From: Octopus sinensis | Lineage: Eukaryota | Length of the DNA: 64,000 nucleotides | NCBI RefSeq assembly: GCF_006345805.1 | Contig: NC_042997.1 | Coordinates: forward strand, 155,558,001 to 155,622,000 | Reading direction: 5' to 3' | Shown: piece after piece, positions 11,881-23,660 of the stretch | How positions within the stretch are numbered: the first letter of the stretch is position 1 | Layout: every line of letters begins with the position of its first letter | Notes under the pieces: generated by a model | Database searches by the model: none | Told to the model about the DNA's origin: nothing | What the model saw: the letters and a program-made list of their open reading frames with translations, nothing else | Translations under genes and position numbers: made by a program

Positions 11881-12443
11881 ACGGGGAAAAAATGCAAAGT
11901 GAAGAAATTGGAGGGAAGGGAGTAAGGGGCGGGGCAAAAATTTCAAAATTCTGATTTTTGGCAATTTCCGGAATCTCCGTATCCGAAAACGTGGGTTTTT
12001 GGCAAAAAAATTTTTTTTAGAAAACAATAATTTGCGAGAAAAAATGGCATGGGAGGACGGGGGGAAGTCTTTCCGAAGACACTTGCCCAGGGTGCCAAAC
12101 AGTGGAACTATGTGGTTGGGAAGCCACCTTCTTACCGCACAGCTACGCTATGCACGGACGTTTATTTCACTGGGTTTTTTTTAAATCTTCCCTTCATGCT
12201 ATATCTGTAACACGAAGAGAACTTTAATTGAAGAAACGTATGACAGTGCTTTTTCAATGCGCTTAACTCAACCAGTTTTCTGGATGTTATAACTGAAATT
12301 CGTTTTTTTTTTTTTTTCTGTCTGAGGAAATTACTGAGTCATTGAAACCTGTTCCTTACAAATTTCGGAAGAAAAGACATCCTGTTTAACCACACTAAAT
12401 TATTGTATCACTTAGGTTAGTAGAAGGCAACACGTCTGGTGCA

Positions 12444-12573
<130 letters not shown>

Positions 12574-13224
12574 CACATTTTCAACATAACTCTACTTCCA
12601 CAAATTTCTGGCTTCCTCTCTACCTATTATTTTCTTTAACAAATCAATAAAGCAACCTCTGCATGGTTGCTCGATCTCCTAGAAATAGCAGCAAAATCAT
12701 TAAATCACATCTGTATGAGATACACACTGATTTCCGGTGGCGGCTCATATACAGGAACTGTGGGACTGCAGCGCCTTCTATTTCCACTCGATATTATCGA
12801 TAATATTCAATATAATGAGTCTTCTACCTTTAATTCTTTCTCTATACGTGTACATTATATAATCCTTAAGCTTAATGTCAGTAGCCATCCTTTGTGTAGA
12901 ACTGTACGCTTCACAGTTCCAGTGACGTGGTATTTGGCTGTTGTGTGCACACTCACATGTTTGAGATAGGAGAGATTCTATATAACAACATTTGTATTTA
13001 CTGCCAGCTGATCGAAGTTGTGAAAAACTTCGTAATGATTGAATAAAATCTATATGCATGAATTATCTCTTGCGTTGATTTCTTTCATTATTTTTTTTTC
13101 AATGCCTCAGGAAATTATTAACTATACAACACGCAGCCTTTTCTCATCCGGACTTTTTTCGACATGCTACACGCAGCCTTACCCAAACTTATTAGGTACA
13201 ATTGTATCATCACACACTGAATCA

Positions 13225-13593
13225 TCTCTCTATATATAAACGGCAAAATGTCGGTCTGTGTGTGTGTCCTTTATACAAATCCACAATTTTTCAGTTAAAG
13301 GGCTCGCACTTTCTATGGTCATTCAAAACCGTCCATGGGTGGTCGTGCACATCTTTACATTTCCCCAGTCACCCCGCAAAGCCATTAAAAAAATCAATAG
13401 AAGTGACTTTTTTGTGAATTTTCTATCCAAAACCCAATTAAACTGCCCGAAACTTGATATGCCAATTGAATGCCAGCTAGCTGTATGTGATTGGTCGGAG
13501 ATTTGGACAGTACTCGCGTGTATGTGCGCACGCACGCAGCTGTATATGCATGCACTAGCACTATGACCCGGCGTTGCCGGGTCATAGTGCTAG
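13225..13593 (+). mobile_element. Non-autonomous Helitron
   Basis: A|TCTCTCTATATATAAA...hairpin CCCGGCGTTGCCGGG...CTAG|T. Confidence 0.8.
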
Positions 13594-14114
13594 TCATTAG
13601 ATAATTGAGAACTAAATTGACGGGATGATCACTGTTGAAATGTATTAGATATTGTCTATTTGATCAAGGATGATCTGGAGCTAAACAACAATTTTCCTTG
13701 AGATTTCACTCACCTCATCATTCTCAACCCCTTTCATTATGTTGGTCAATTTGACATATTTTTTTTTAATTCTACTGTACATGTTACTACCTAAGTTACA
13801 GAGGAAACCTAAAGTTATTTCATTCTATAACATATCTTTGCAATGTCATACAATTGTGGTTGCTAGCGTGTAAACTTCCCACGTTAAATTCTAAATATTT
13901 GTAAGAAGTGTCTGTAGTGTCGCACAGACGCGCCATATTGAGTGACAGACGCGCCATATTGAGACCTCGCTGGCAGCCATTAGCTGCTCGAGACCGGATC
14001 GAGATCCCACAAACTTCCGGTGTGCATGCGGAACGCGACAGTAAGCCTTTCCGGAAGGACACCTATCTAAGACAGCTCTTGAACTTGTTCACTCTCTGTT
14101 CCCGCGCGCCTCTC

Positions 14115-15333
14115 TAACCGTCGTGCCTTGTCCCGGTTTGTAGCTGACCAAGTTAGAGCGGATCCTTTTCCACTTTTTGTGGGGAGGTAAAACCCCACTT
14201 GTGAGGCGCTCTATCTGTTGCCAGAAACCGTTAAAGGGTGGGCTGGGGATGCCCTGGCTAATGATGCGCAAGTACGCGCTGAAGCTGAGACATCTCCAGT
14301 GCCACCTGGATGGTGAGCAGGTGTGGTCATCGCATGCTAAAGTTAAAGTCCATTGTGGACTTAGGTGCATGGATCACATGGAGACCCCTTTTTGGGAGAA
14401 TGGCGGGAGGAGTGCAGACAAGCACTTTCCCTCTTCTCACAAGTGAGCAATGCTGACAGCAGAGTTACCACAGCGGATTTTTATAGCAGGTTGGTAGAGC
14501 ATAAGTCCAACGATGTCCTGGGGGAGACTCTAGGCTGGGGGAAGCAGCTAGCCAGCCTGTTTGGAAGGACATTCGGGTCGAAATTTCTGGATAATTACCA
14601 GATATCCTTGACTTGGTTGTGCTACCGATCGGCCTTACCGGTTCGGGAAAGGTTGTCAAGGCATTGTTATGATACCTCCCCCACGTGTCCGAGGTGCGGG
14701 CGTGTCAGTAAAACGGTCACGCACGCCTTCGTACACTTTGAGGAATTGAGGGAGTTGATGGCCTATGCCGAACAGCTGGTGTCGGATATAGAAAGAGTAC
14801 GGCTCTCGACTGAGTCCATGATAAAGATTATACCACCTTCCTCTTTCTCCAAAGAAAAGAAGGCAGTATTTCTCTGTGTAATAACCATATTGAAAGACGT
14901 GGTATGGAAGACGCGAGTAAAAGGGATTGCGACAGGCCAATTCATCTCCGGAAATAGGCTGGTGGGTTACTTCGCCGCCCATCTTTCCCACAAGATCCGT
15001 CTGGAGAGGAGGAGCTTGCCGCAAAGAGTATTTTGAAAAAGATGGCCGGAAGTAGTAAGAAAGATGAGAACGCAAGGAGTCGTGCAGACACGGTCGGTCC
15101 GAGCAGAGAAGATCAGGAAAGATTACCAAAAGGAAATCAACCGGCGAGTTAGTTCACTAACCCGAACCCTATAAATAGTAATAATTTAACATCTAAATTT
15201 TAACTCTATAACATCCATATCCATAAACTCATTCGTGTTTAATCTGTTGTAAGAGTGTGTCTGACCCTTATATGTCCTAGTCTATCCTTGTTTGTCCGCT
15301 CTATGTATTCTTTTTAATAAGGAATAAAGAAAA
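14115..15333 (+). mobile_element. 5'-truncated L1/Tx1-clade LINE
   Basis: ORF2 C-terminal region with zf-RVT-like W..YRSALPV...TCPRCG...TVTHAF motif (14365-15036), 3' UTR and A-rich end. 20-bp TSD TCTGTTCCC(G/A)CGCGCCTCTC at 14095-14114 and 15334-15353. Confidence 0.85.
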
Positions 15334-16227
15334 TCTGTTCCCACGCGCCTCTCGCGCTAGAAGCAGCTCGTCTCACTAGCAGCAACTCGCTGCCTCACAC
15401 AACACGGCGGACAATACACGACGCTAGAAATGGTTAACGAGAGCCAAACTTTGAGCCTGTAAATAAATGCTATTCGGATTTGTTATCTCACTTTATCTTC
15501 GACTTGATACTTCGTTTGACTGGATTTAAATTTATAATGAGAGACACAAGATGCCTTACCAGTATCTTGGCCAGCAATGGCCTCCCGTTATATGCCTGTT
15601 GCAAAAGGATTTCAGCCACTCTACTGCTAAATCATAAATAATTTCCTACTGTTGTTATTAAATGCAATAAAATGATTTTTTGCCGAAAGACCAACAAGTA
15701 TTAGGCAAAAAAAAATGGATAGTTTTTTCCCAAGGCGTGTTATCCGCAGACGACAGCTAGATTTTCAACCACGTAATACAGCCATTGTGAATTTGTCAGT
15801 CGCTTTATCGAGGTCAACGTACTCAGAAATACTGCAGATTGGTTGAATATCTGACTTCTACTAAAATACAGAAAACAAGCAATAAAAGGAAATTTTTGTT
15901 TTTGTTGTTGCTAAATTTTTCACAGATTAATGTGCAAACTTTATTGATGGGGACAATTAGTTTTGAGATGCATAAGAATATATATTTCACAAATTCTCGG
16001 GTATAAATTAAGTTATGCTTAGCATAGTTGCAACGAGTCTTAGCTGGATATATTTAGTGACCTAATTACAATAGGTAAAGTGGCTACTCAAGGCCAATGT
16101 AAATGTTAGACGGTTTTCATTTTCGTGTAGTTATGTGAACGAGGAAAACAGAAGTATGGAATGCTGTCAGTATCAAAATGCACAATAAACTCATAATAAG
16201 GACCATTCTTCAGACAAATACACGAGA

Positions 16228-16792
16228 ACGCGCACACGCACACACACGCATATATAAATACATCTGTATTGCATGCATGCACATCTTTCATGCATGCATG
16301 CAAACCTACATACATACAAACATACATACTTACATGCATGCATGCTAACCTACATGCATACATATATACATACATGCATGAATACATGCATGCATGCATG
16401 AATGCATGCATGCATATATACATGCATACATACACGCATGCCTGCATGTATACATGCATACATAGAAGCATTCATGCATGCATACAAGCATGCATGCATA
16501 CATACATAGAAACATACATGCATGCATGCATATATACATACATGCATGCATATTTACATGCATGCACACATGTATGTATGTATGCATGCATATATATGTA
16601 TATATACATACGTGCATTCATGCATACATACATACATGCATGCATGTATGTATATATATGCATGCATGCATGTATGTATACATGCATGTATGTATGTATA
16701 TATGCATGCATGCATGCATGTATGTATATATGCATGCATGCATACATAAATATATACATACATACATGCATGTATACGTACATACCCATGCA
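16228..16792. repeat. Mixed (TGCA)n/(TACA)n alternating purine-pyrimidine satellite
   Basis: Direct reading; source of many spurious His/Met/Cys ORFs. Confidence 0.9.
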
Positions 16793-17020
16793 TACCGGCC
16801 TCCCCTCTCCACACCACCAGTGTTATCCAAGGGAAAGGCAACAGCAGATACAGCTTGGCACCTGTGACATCGCAACTCATTTCTACAGTTGAGTGAACTG
16901 GAGCAACGTGAAATAAAGTGTCTTGCTCAAGAACACAACACGCAGCCCGGTCCGGGATTCGAACTCACAACCTCACGATCGTAAGCTCGACGCTCTAACC
17001 ACTAAGCCATGTGCCTTCAC
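16790..17020 (-). mobile_element. SINE family C
   Basis: tRNA head (GGCACATGGCTTAGTGGTTAGAGCG...GAGTTCGAATCCC) plus TGTGTTCTTGAGCAAGACAC body. Confidence 0.8.
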
Positions 17021-17341
17021 CATACATACATACATACATACATACATACATACATACATACATACATACATACATACATACGTGCGTAAGTGGAACAATT
17101 AAAGTACGCAAGACTTTTCTAAAGTTCAGTATGTAGCAGTTATTGCTGTTGTCATCCAGCTTCACCGCGAGGAAGCTTTTGCTTCTTTTTAGAAACTAAC
17201 TCCTTCTTGCTAGGAAGAATTCCAATGAATAAAAGAACGTAAAGACAATGGCACACGCACGCGCACATATATGCACACACGCGCGTGCGCACGTACACTC
17301 ACACATTCATACATACATACATACATACATACATACATACA

Positions 17342-17372
<31 letters not shown>

Positions 17373-17492
17373 CCATACATGCATATATACATACATACAT
17401 GCGTGAATAAGTGCGTACGTGCGTAAATACATACATACATACATACATACATACATACATACATACATACATACATACATACATACATACAT
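17020..17492. repeat. (CATA)n microsatellite tracts
   Basis: Direct reading. Confidence 0.9.
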
Positions 17493-18869
17493 AGCTGTTT
17501 ACTAGTTATAAGAGCATGACCATCGCTGGCAACGACAGCAATTTTTGTGCAAGGGTTTCAAGTCAAGTGCGGCTTGCACAGCACCACAACAACTCTCACT
17601 AGCGATACCCAGATGCCCCGAGACAAGCAAAGTTCAATATATTCGGCTTAGTAGAGCAACGTGTTTTATATGCGAGTTAGCATTCTCCTAGAGGGATGCC
17701 TTAACAAAGACCAGGGATCTCTGATTCCCTGTGAGCTTCCCACGCCCTCGACCACCAATCCTAGTATTTCTACATTCCGGCGCATGTGTATATGCATATT
17801 CTTAAAATGAGTTTAATTCGTTCTATCCTACTTGAGTGGTTATTTTGCTAAATAGCACGGCAAGAGTAAAATATAACTAACTAAAAATAAAATAGTGAAC
17901 ATAGCCGTATGTGTTAGCTATTATTAGAATTACAATGAAATAGAAAAGAAACAATTCCACTGAAGTGATCTGAACCATGAAACAATGGCTTTCAAGGAAA
18001 CAATGTTGCAAGGTGCTTGCTTAGCCAATGGTCTCGAAAAAGTGACTAGAATCTTACTGCTGGTTTATTTTTAGCTATGTTTCATTTTTACTGCTCTATT
18101 TTTATCTCTAGAAGATATCCAGTTATTTAGCGCAGCTGAACAAGTTAAATTACGTTTATAAATATATTATAGCATACATGTGTTTGTGCTTATTTAATTT
18201 TATATTTTTAATAGAAGAATTGTACCTATTCTGACTTCGTATGCTGACACATTAACTGTGTGACAATGAGATTTTATGTTAAGGGCTTCCTTAACATGAA
18301 ACCAATGGTAGCCTTAATCCACAAATTAAGTGCATGTATGCATGTATGTATGTATGTATGTATGTATGTATGTATGTATGTATGTATGTATGTATGTATG
18401 TATGTATGTTTGTATGTATGTGTATGTATTTATGTATGTATGTATGTATGTATTATGTATGTGTGTATGTATGTATGTATGTATGACATAAAACGAAAAC
18501 TTGCTATATCTACAGTGTGAATAATAGTAGCATTTACAGTAAAAATTGAAAAAATACGAAACATCGACCGACAGGAGTAAAGAAAACGATAATGACCAGA
18601 TAAGTGAAATTTCCAGTAAAATTAACGTGCTAGTGGTTGAAAATTCCACAGAGATGTATATACCCTTAACTGAATTCTTGAACCAAATCAGGAATCAGTG
18701 CGACACAGTGCGACCTTTGAATTACAATCCAGAGAGTGTGAGAGGGTGGCTTCAACTCCCAGTACTAAACTGGAAACTTACTTATCGATCACGATTTATG
18801 AGAAGCAAAGATAGTCACAGTGGAATTTGAACTCAGAGCGCAAAGCGCCAGAACGAATAAGGCATTATA

Positions 18870-20202
18870 CAGAGTGAGTGGAAAGTAACTAGGCATTAGA
18901 AATTGGTTATAGAATCTTTTAGTATCACTGAAGTCATCACGAAAACATTTTTTTAAACAGACAACACTAGTGGGGATTTCTTATTTTTGTATTGTCTTAT
19001 TTCTTATTTCTTATTTTCTAGATGGCCGGTCGCTTGACTGTTCAGGAGCGAGATATGATGGCAGCACGCTATGAAGTGTGGAATTCAACTGTTTTGGTTC
19101 AGAGATGATGGCGTGCATGGAAAGGTACGCATGCAACACTACATCCAGAGACAATAAAAAGTTGTCATGCAAAGCTGATGACCACTGTGAACGATGCAAG
19201 AAGTGGCCGTCCAACCACATCCTGATCAGCGGAGAACGCTGCAAGAGAACAGGAAATATTTAATCTTAGCCCGCAAAAACCAACAGGTCAAGCAGCTCGT
19301 GAAAGTGGACTAACAAGACACACAATATGTACGGTGTTGCATAAAGAACTGAATTATCGTCCTTGGAACCCCCATTATGTGCAGGAGCTAAAATCTGAAG
19401 ACCGTGATAGCAGAAGTCCAGAAGTCCAGAACTTCAAGAAATCCCGATCTCACTTCATGTGATTTTTACCTGTGGGGTTTCACAAGAAAGTAGATGTACA
19501 AGACAAAACCTTGCACACTGGAGGACTTGGAGACATGGATTCAGGAAATTCTTAATGATATCATAGACGACGTCCTTACGAAAGTTGTTCATTCCATCCC
19601 TGGCTGGTTAAGGAAACTAGGTGACGCTACCGGTGCTTACGTTTCCATGTAATAAAGAACATGTATCATTTGTTTCAATAGATTTGTAAAAAGGAATATG
19701 GATTTTATTGCCAATTTTTAATGTCTACTTACTTTTGTAGTGACGCCTGGTTCCAGACACCATTTTGGGATTTTCATCCACGCATGCACAGGGATTAGTC
19801 TTCCGGAAGGTCTGCCGGAAGCCCCTTATGCGCATGCACAGTCATCAGAAGCAGCTAGGCTTAATCGCTATTCTCTCTTTTCGCCCCTGCTGCCGACCGA
19901 GCCAGACGCAAATAGACCAGCACCGTGTGGCCGGAATTCTGAAGGAGATCCACGATTTCGGCGAATCTGTGAAGAATGCCTTCATAACTGTGGTTAAACC
20001 GACTCTACTGCTTCTACCCCACCTCCCGGCGTCCAGGCTACCGATGTCCAGAGATGAAATGCTTATTTCGGCGAAATAAATTATTATTTGTCATTTGTTC
20101 GGAGATTCTTCTTCCCGCTATTTTCCTTTCCACGACTATGTAAGGAATTGTGAGGCACCCATCCGGTGCCAACCGCACATCCTACACTTTTTACCCACCC
20201 TG
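18870..20202 (+). mobile_element. Degenerate Tc1/mariner element with a solo LTR inserted in its right TIR
   Basis: TA|CAGAGTGAGTGGAAAGTAACTAGGCATTAGAAATTGG left TIR; the right TIR is reconstituted across the LTR; PDLTSCDFYLWG motif at ~19445. Confidence 0.75.
19736..20186 (+). mobile_element. Solo LTR (Ty3/gypsy-like)
   Basis: TGTAG...CTACA termini, 4-bp TSD CTTT, internal AATAAA, GC-rich. Confidence 0.85.
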
Positions 20203-20579
20203 TATAAGATATTATAATTCACCAATTTACCATACAGAAATAAGCGTGGACAAGAAGGAAGAAAACAATGTTGCTCATACAGAGAGTAAAATTATTTACC
20301 ATTTTTTATTGAAAACTGAAACTCCAAGTTACTCATTTTCGACCTTCGTACTGTTATAAAAACGGAACTTAAGAAAAATTTGAGTCACACATAAGAAGGT
20401 AAACCTTGATTGGATAAGAGCACAAAAACTGGAATGAAAGCGTCGTATTGGATTACCATGTGACCCGAGTCATGCATACAAAAATGAAAGGATAAAATAG
20501 GATATGTATGGCAGGTTAAAATACGTTGATTAGAGAAGGGAAAGGGGCAAAACAAATAATAAAGATAGAAACAGAGGAA

Positions 20580-20655
20580 CAAAGAAGAAGAAGAAGAAGA
20601 AGAAGAAGAAGAAGAAGAAGAAGAGAAGAAGAAGAAGAAGAAGAAGAAGAAGAAA
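20580..20655. repeat. (AAG)n microsatellite
   Basis: Direct reading. Confidence 0.9.
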
Positions 20656-21052
20656 TCTGTAAAAGAATATTCAAAAATATATGGAAGGTATATGTTAATA
20701 AGTGAGTTTCAAAGATTGGCTAAAATTTATGAATTTATGCATATGCAAATCAGGAAAGAGCGAATAAAAAATGAGGAACAGAGTAAAATAGAATAAAGTT
20801 AAAATTAGAAATAGCAGGGACAAGGAAGTGGAAAAGGAAATTAGCAGAAGATGATTTTTGCTAACGGAAATATAATGAAGTAGTTGAGTGTGTGAAATAG
20901 TCAGAACGTGCAAGAAGAATAAGTCGAAAAAGTAAGATAAAAATATTTAAGATCTTCTGTATTGTCACACGAGAAACATGTCAAAAGATGGTGACATAAG
21001 ATCCGATTGTCCTTAACAGTAACGAATTGCAAAGCAAATAATTAGAAGCGTG

Positions 21053-21521
21053 TGTAGGATCGTTGTTATCTGTCTCTGTGTGATATCTGCACTTGTAGGG
21101 TGCTTCACACATTTTCCCTACAATGTTGTAGAAAGGAATAAAACGGCAGGAGCACGAATAGCTGAACAAATAACAATAATAGTTCATTATTTTCACAGAA
21201 GGAGATACTTCATCGCTGGTCATCGGTAACATGAACGCCTGGGTTAGGAAGGCAGCAGAGTCGGATTAAATCACCATGGTTAAAACAGTGTTCACCGTCC
21301 TTCGAGTCTGGTTCGCCTTCGAGTTTGGTTCGCCCCTTCGCTCGGAGCATAGTCTTAATTCATCGACCGCCAAGAGACTTGGAATAGCGGTAAAGGCTGA
21401 TTGCTCCTGATTACTGCGCATGCATACCAGGGAACTTCCGGCGGCCTACCGGAAGATACCAAACATTGCACATGCGCAGATGGACATCCCAAAATGGCGT
21501 CTAAAACCTGGCGTCACTACG
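21053..21521 (-). mobile_element. Solo LTR related to 19736-20186
   Basis: Minus strand starts CGTAGTGACGCC (cf. TGTAGTGACGCC) and ends CCTACA; 4-bp TSD CGTG. Confidence 0.85.
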
Positions 21522-21949
21522 CGTGCTTGCAGGGACTTAACAATTCAGCTTCTTTGTTACGTACGCATGAGTCTTGAAAATGGATTAAAAGTTTTGCTTA
21601 AATACAGATAACAGCATGCTCCAAATTATTTTGAGTGCAACTTAAATGCATTCTTTCAAGAACCACACGAACTTGGATAACCGTGTCAAGAATATTTTTC
21701 TGGGTGTTTAGATGGAAGTGTTTACTGAGAAAAATGAATTTTGAATTTTATTTTCCGTAAATCTTTGATCTGTAGATTCATGACAAGCCAATTTTTTGTT
21801 CATAGGATATTACATTGGGCTGCATTTTGATTTTTTTTTTATGAAAGGTGTCAAATTTATATAATTTAGGGCATTAATTACAAATTCTCTCTTTGAATCT
21901 GAGCACCACGTCATATAGGCGCAGGAGGAGTGGCTGTATGGTAAGTCAT

Positions 21950-22355
21950 ATAGGCGCAGGAGTGGCTGTGTGGTAAGTAGTTTACTTACCAACCTCATGG
22001 TTCCGGGTTCAGTTCCACTGTGTGGCACATAGGGCAAGTGTCTTCTACTATACCCTCGGGCCAACCAAAGCCTTATAAGTGGATTTGGTAGACGGAAACT
22101 GAAAGAAGCCCGGCGTATGTATGTATATATGTATGTATGTGTGTGTGTGTTTGTGCTTGTCACCCGCAACATCGCTTGACAACCGATAATGGTGTGTTTA
22201 CGTCCCCGTAACTTAACGGTTCGGCTAAAAGAGACCGGTAGAATAAGTACTAGGCTTACAAAGAATAAGTCCTGGAGTCGTTTTGCTCCAATAAAAAGCG
22301 GTGCTCTAGTATGGCCGCAGTCAAATGACTGAAACGAGTAATAAGTAGAGAAAAA
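21950..22355 (+). mobile_element. SINE family B
   Basis: Full head-body-tail; part of the head is duplicated at ~21915-21950. Confidence 0.85.
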
Positions 22356-22914
22356 AAACATAGAGTATCTATATTATACAATAGGTTGTATAGTAATTTT
22401 AGCTGTTTCATGGCAAGATCTATCCCTTTTCACCTACAATTAGGCACTACGTTAGTTTTATATCTATAAAAATCAAATATATATTTTCAAAGAATTTAGA
22501 AGAAATTGTTAATCTGTCATACAAATTCGTCCACGTTCTATTTAACCACGATAAAATCAATAAAACACATCAAATATCACTAGAATTGCATGTAATCTTA
22601 AACAACGTTATTTTCTGAGAAGAAAGGTAACTAATTCTGCCCGTCTTATCTCAATCTGTCGTAGAGCAAATATAAAAATAAAACTAGCTCAGCAAATACA
22701 TTAATAAGAAAGCAGCTTCCTGTTCTTGGATTGCTCAGCATGATACTTCTATTTTCTATTATTAGGCACTATAAGCACTAGAAAAGTCTGACATCATATT
22801 TGTATTCCACTGTCCCTGATATCATTTTTTTTTTTTTTTTCAGAGTTTTAATGTTTTCTTGGAGATGCTATCCTAGCTTTTCACTCAGAACCCCTAAATT
22901 CTTTTCTGCTCTAG

Positions 22915-23113
22915 GCACAAGGTCCGAAATTTCGGGGAAGGGGGAGCAGTCGATTATATCGACCCCAGTGCGTAACTGGTACTTATTTAATCGACCCCGA
23001 AAGGATGAAAGGCAAAGTCGACCTCGGTGGAATTTGAACTCAGAATGTAGCGGCAGACGAAATACCGCTAGGCATTTCGCCCAGCGTGCTAACGATCCTG
23101 CCAGCTCGCCCCC
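22915..23113 (-). mobile_element. SINE family A monomer
   Basis: Core motif match. Confidence 0.85.
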
Positions 23114-23469
23114 TTTCAGAACCCCTAAATTGACTTGGAAATAAGTTAAATGGCCATGAAAGAAATACCTTTTAAACCTAGAAAGGAAAAAATACTGCAT
23201 TTACTTGTCTGTAAACCGAACACCTAATATAGAGTTAAATCTGGGTACAAAATTTTTCCCTTCATAGTTTTAGCTTTGCTCCTTATATAAGTCGCCACCC
23301 AGTCTTTTTATATTAAAATCAAGGTAAAATAGTGTGACTTACACGCGATTAGATATAGTAGTTTATTTACCAGATCTTTGGTTTTCAGGTTTTTGTTACC
23401 CAAAGGGTTTTCACAATTTCTGTGACTGCTATTTAGGTACTCTCTTCAACAGGTTTATGTAAACCCATA

Positions 23470-23660
23470 ATTTTTCCATCTTTCAGTAATGTTCTTTCTT
23501 TTTTATTTTCTTTGGACCCATCAAAGATGCCTATCTTCAATTTCTATTGATTTAGAGCAGGAAATTTTCCACACACATATTTGAGAAACCTACCTTATCT
23601 AAAGCTTTAATAAATTGTTTCACCAAACCAAGTTTGATGTACTGGGAGCCAAACATTTTC
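23470..23660 (-). mobile_element. Relic DNA-transposase fragment (possibly CMC/Chapaev-like)
   Basis: Minus translation KLGLVKQFIKALDK...KLKIGIFDG resembles the HIKLGLMKQFVKAL...KEGIFVGP motif of a widespread transposase. The superfamily label is from memory. Confidence 0.4.

Larger units (their letters stand above)
10878..12074. mobile_element. TTAGGG-array-containing non-autonomous DNA transposon, family B
   Basis: Termini GGCAAGACTTCC / GGAAGTCTTTCC; 8-bp TSD GAAGACAC (10870-10877, 12075-12082); long imperfect subterminal inverted repeats; internal telomere-like array. Confidence 0.85.
10830..12145 (-). mobile_element. SINE family B split by a DNA element
   Basis: TATAGTAGAAGACAC (left) continues as GAAGACACTTGCCCAGGGTGCC (right), as in intact copies. 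Confidence 0.75.

Noticed and set aside
16106-17492. Numerous His/Met/Cys/Tyr-rich ORFs
   Set aside because: Translations of tetranucleotide microsatellites.
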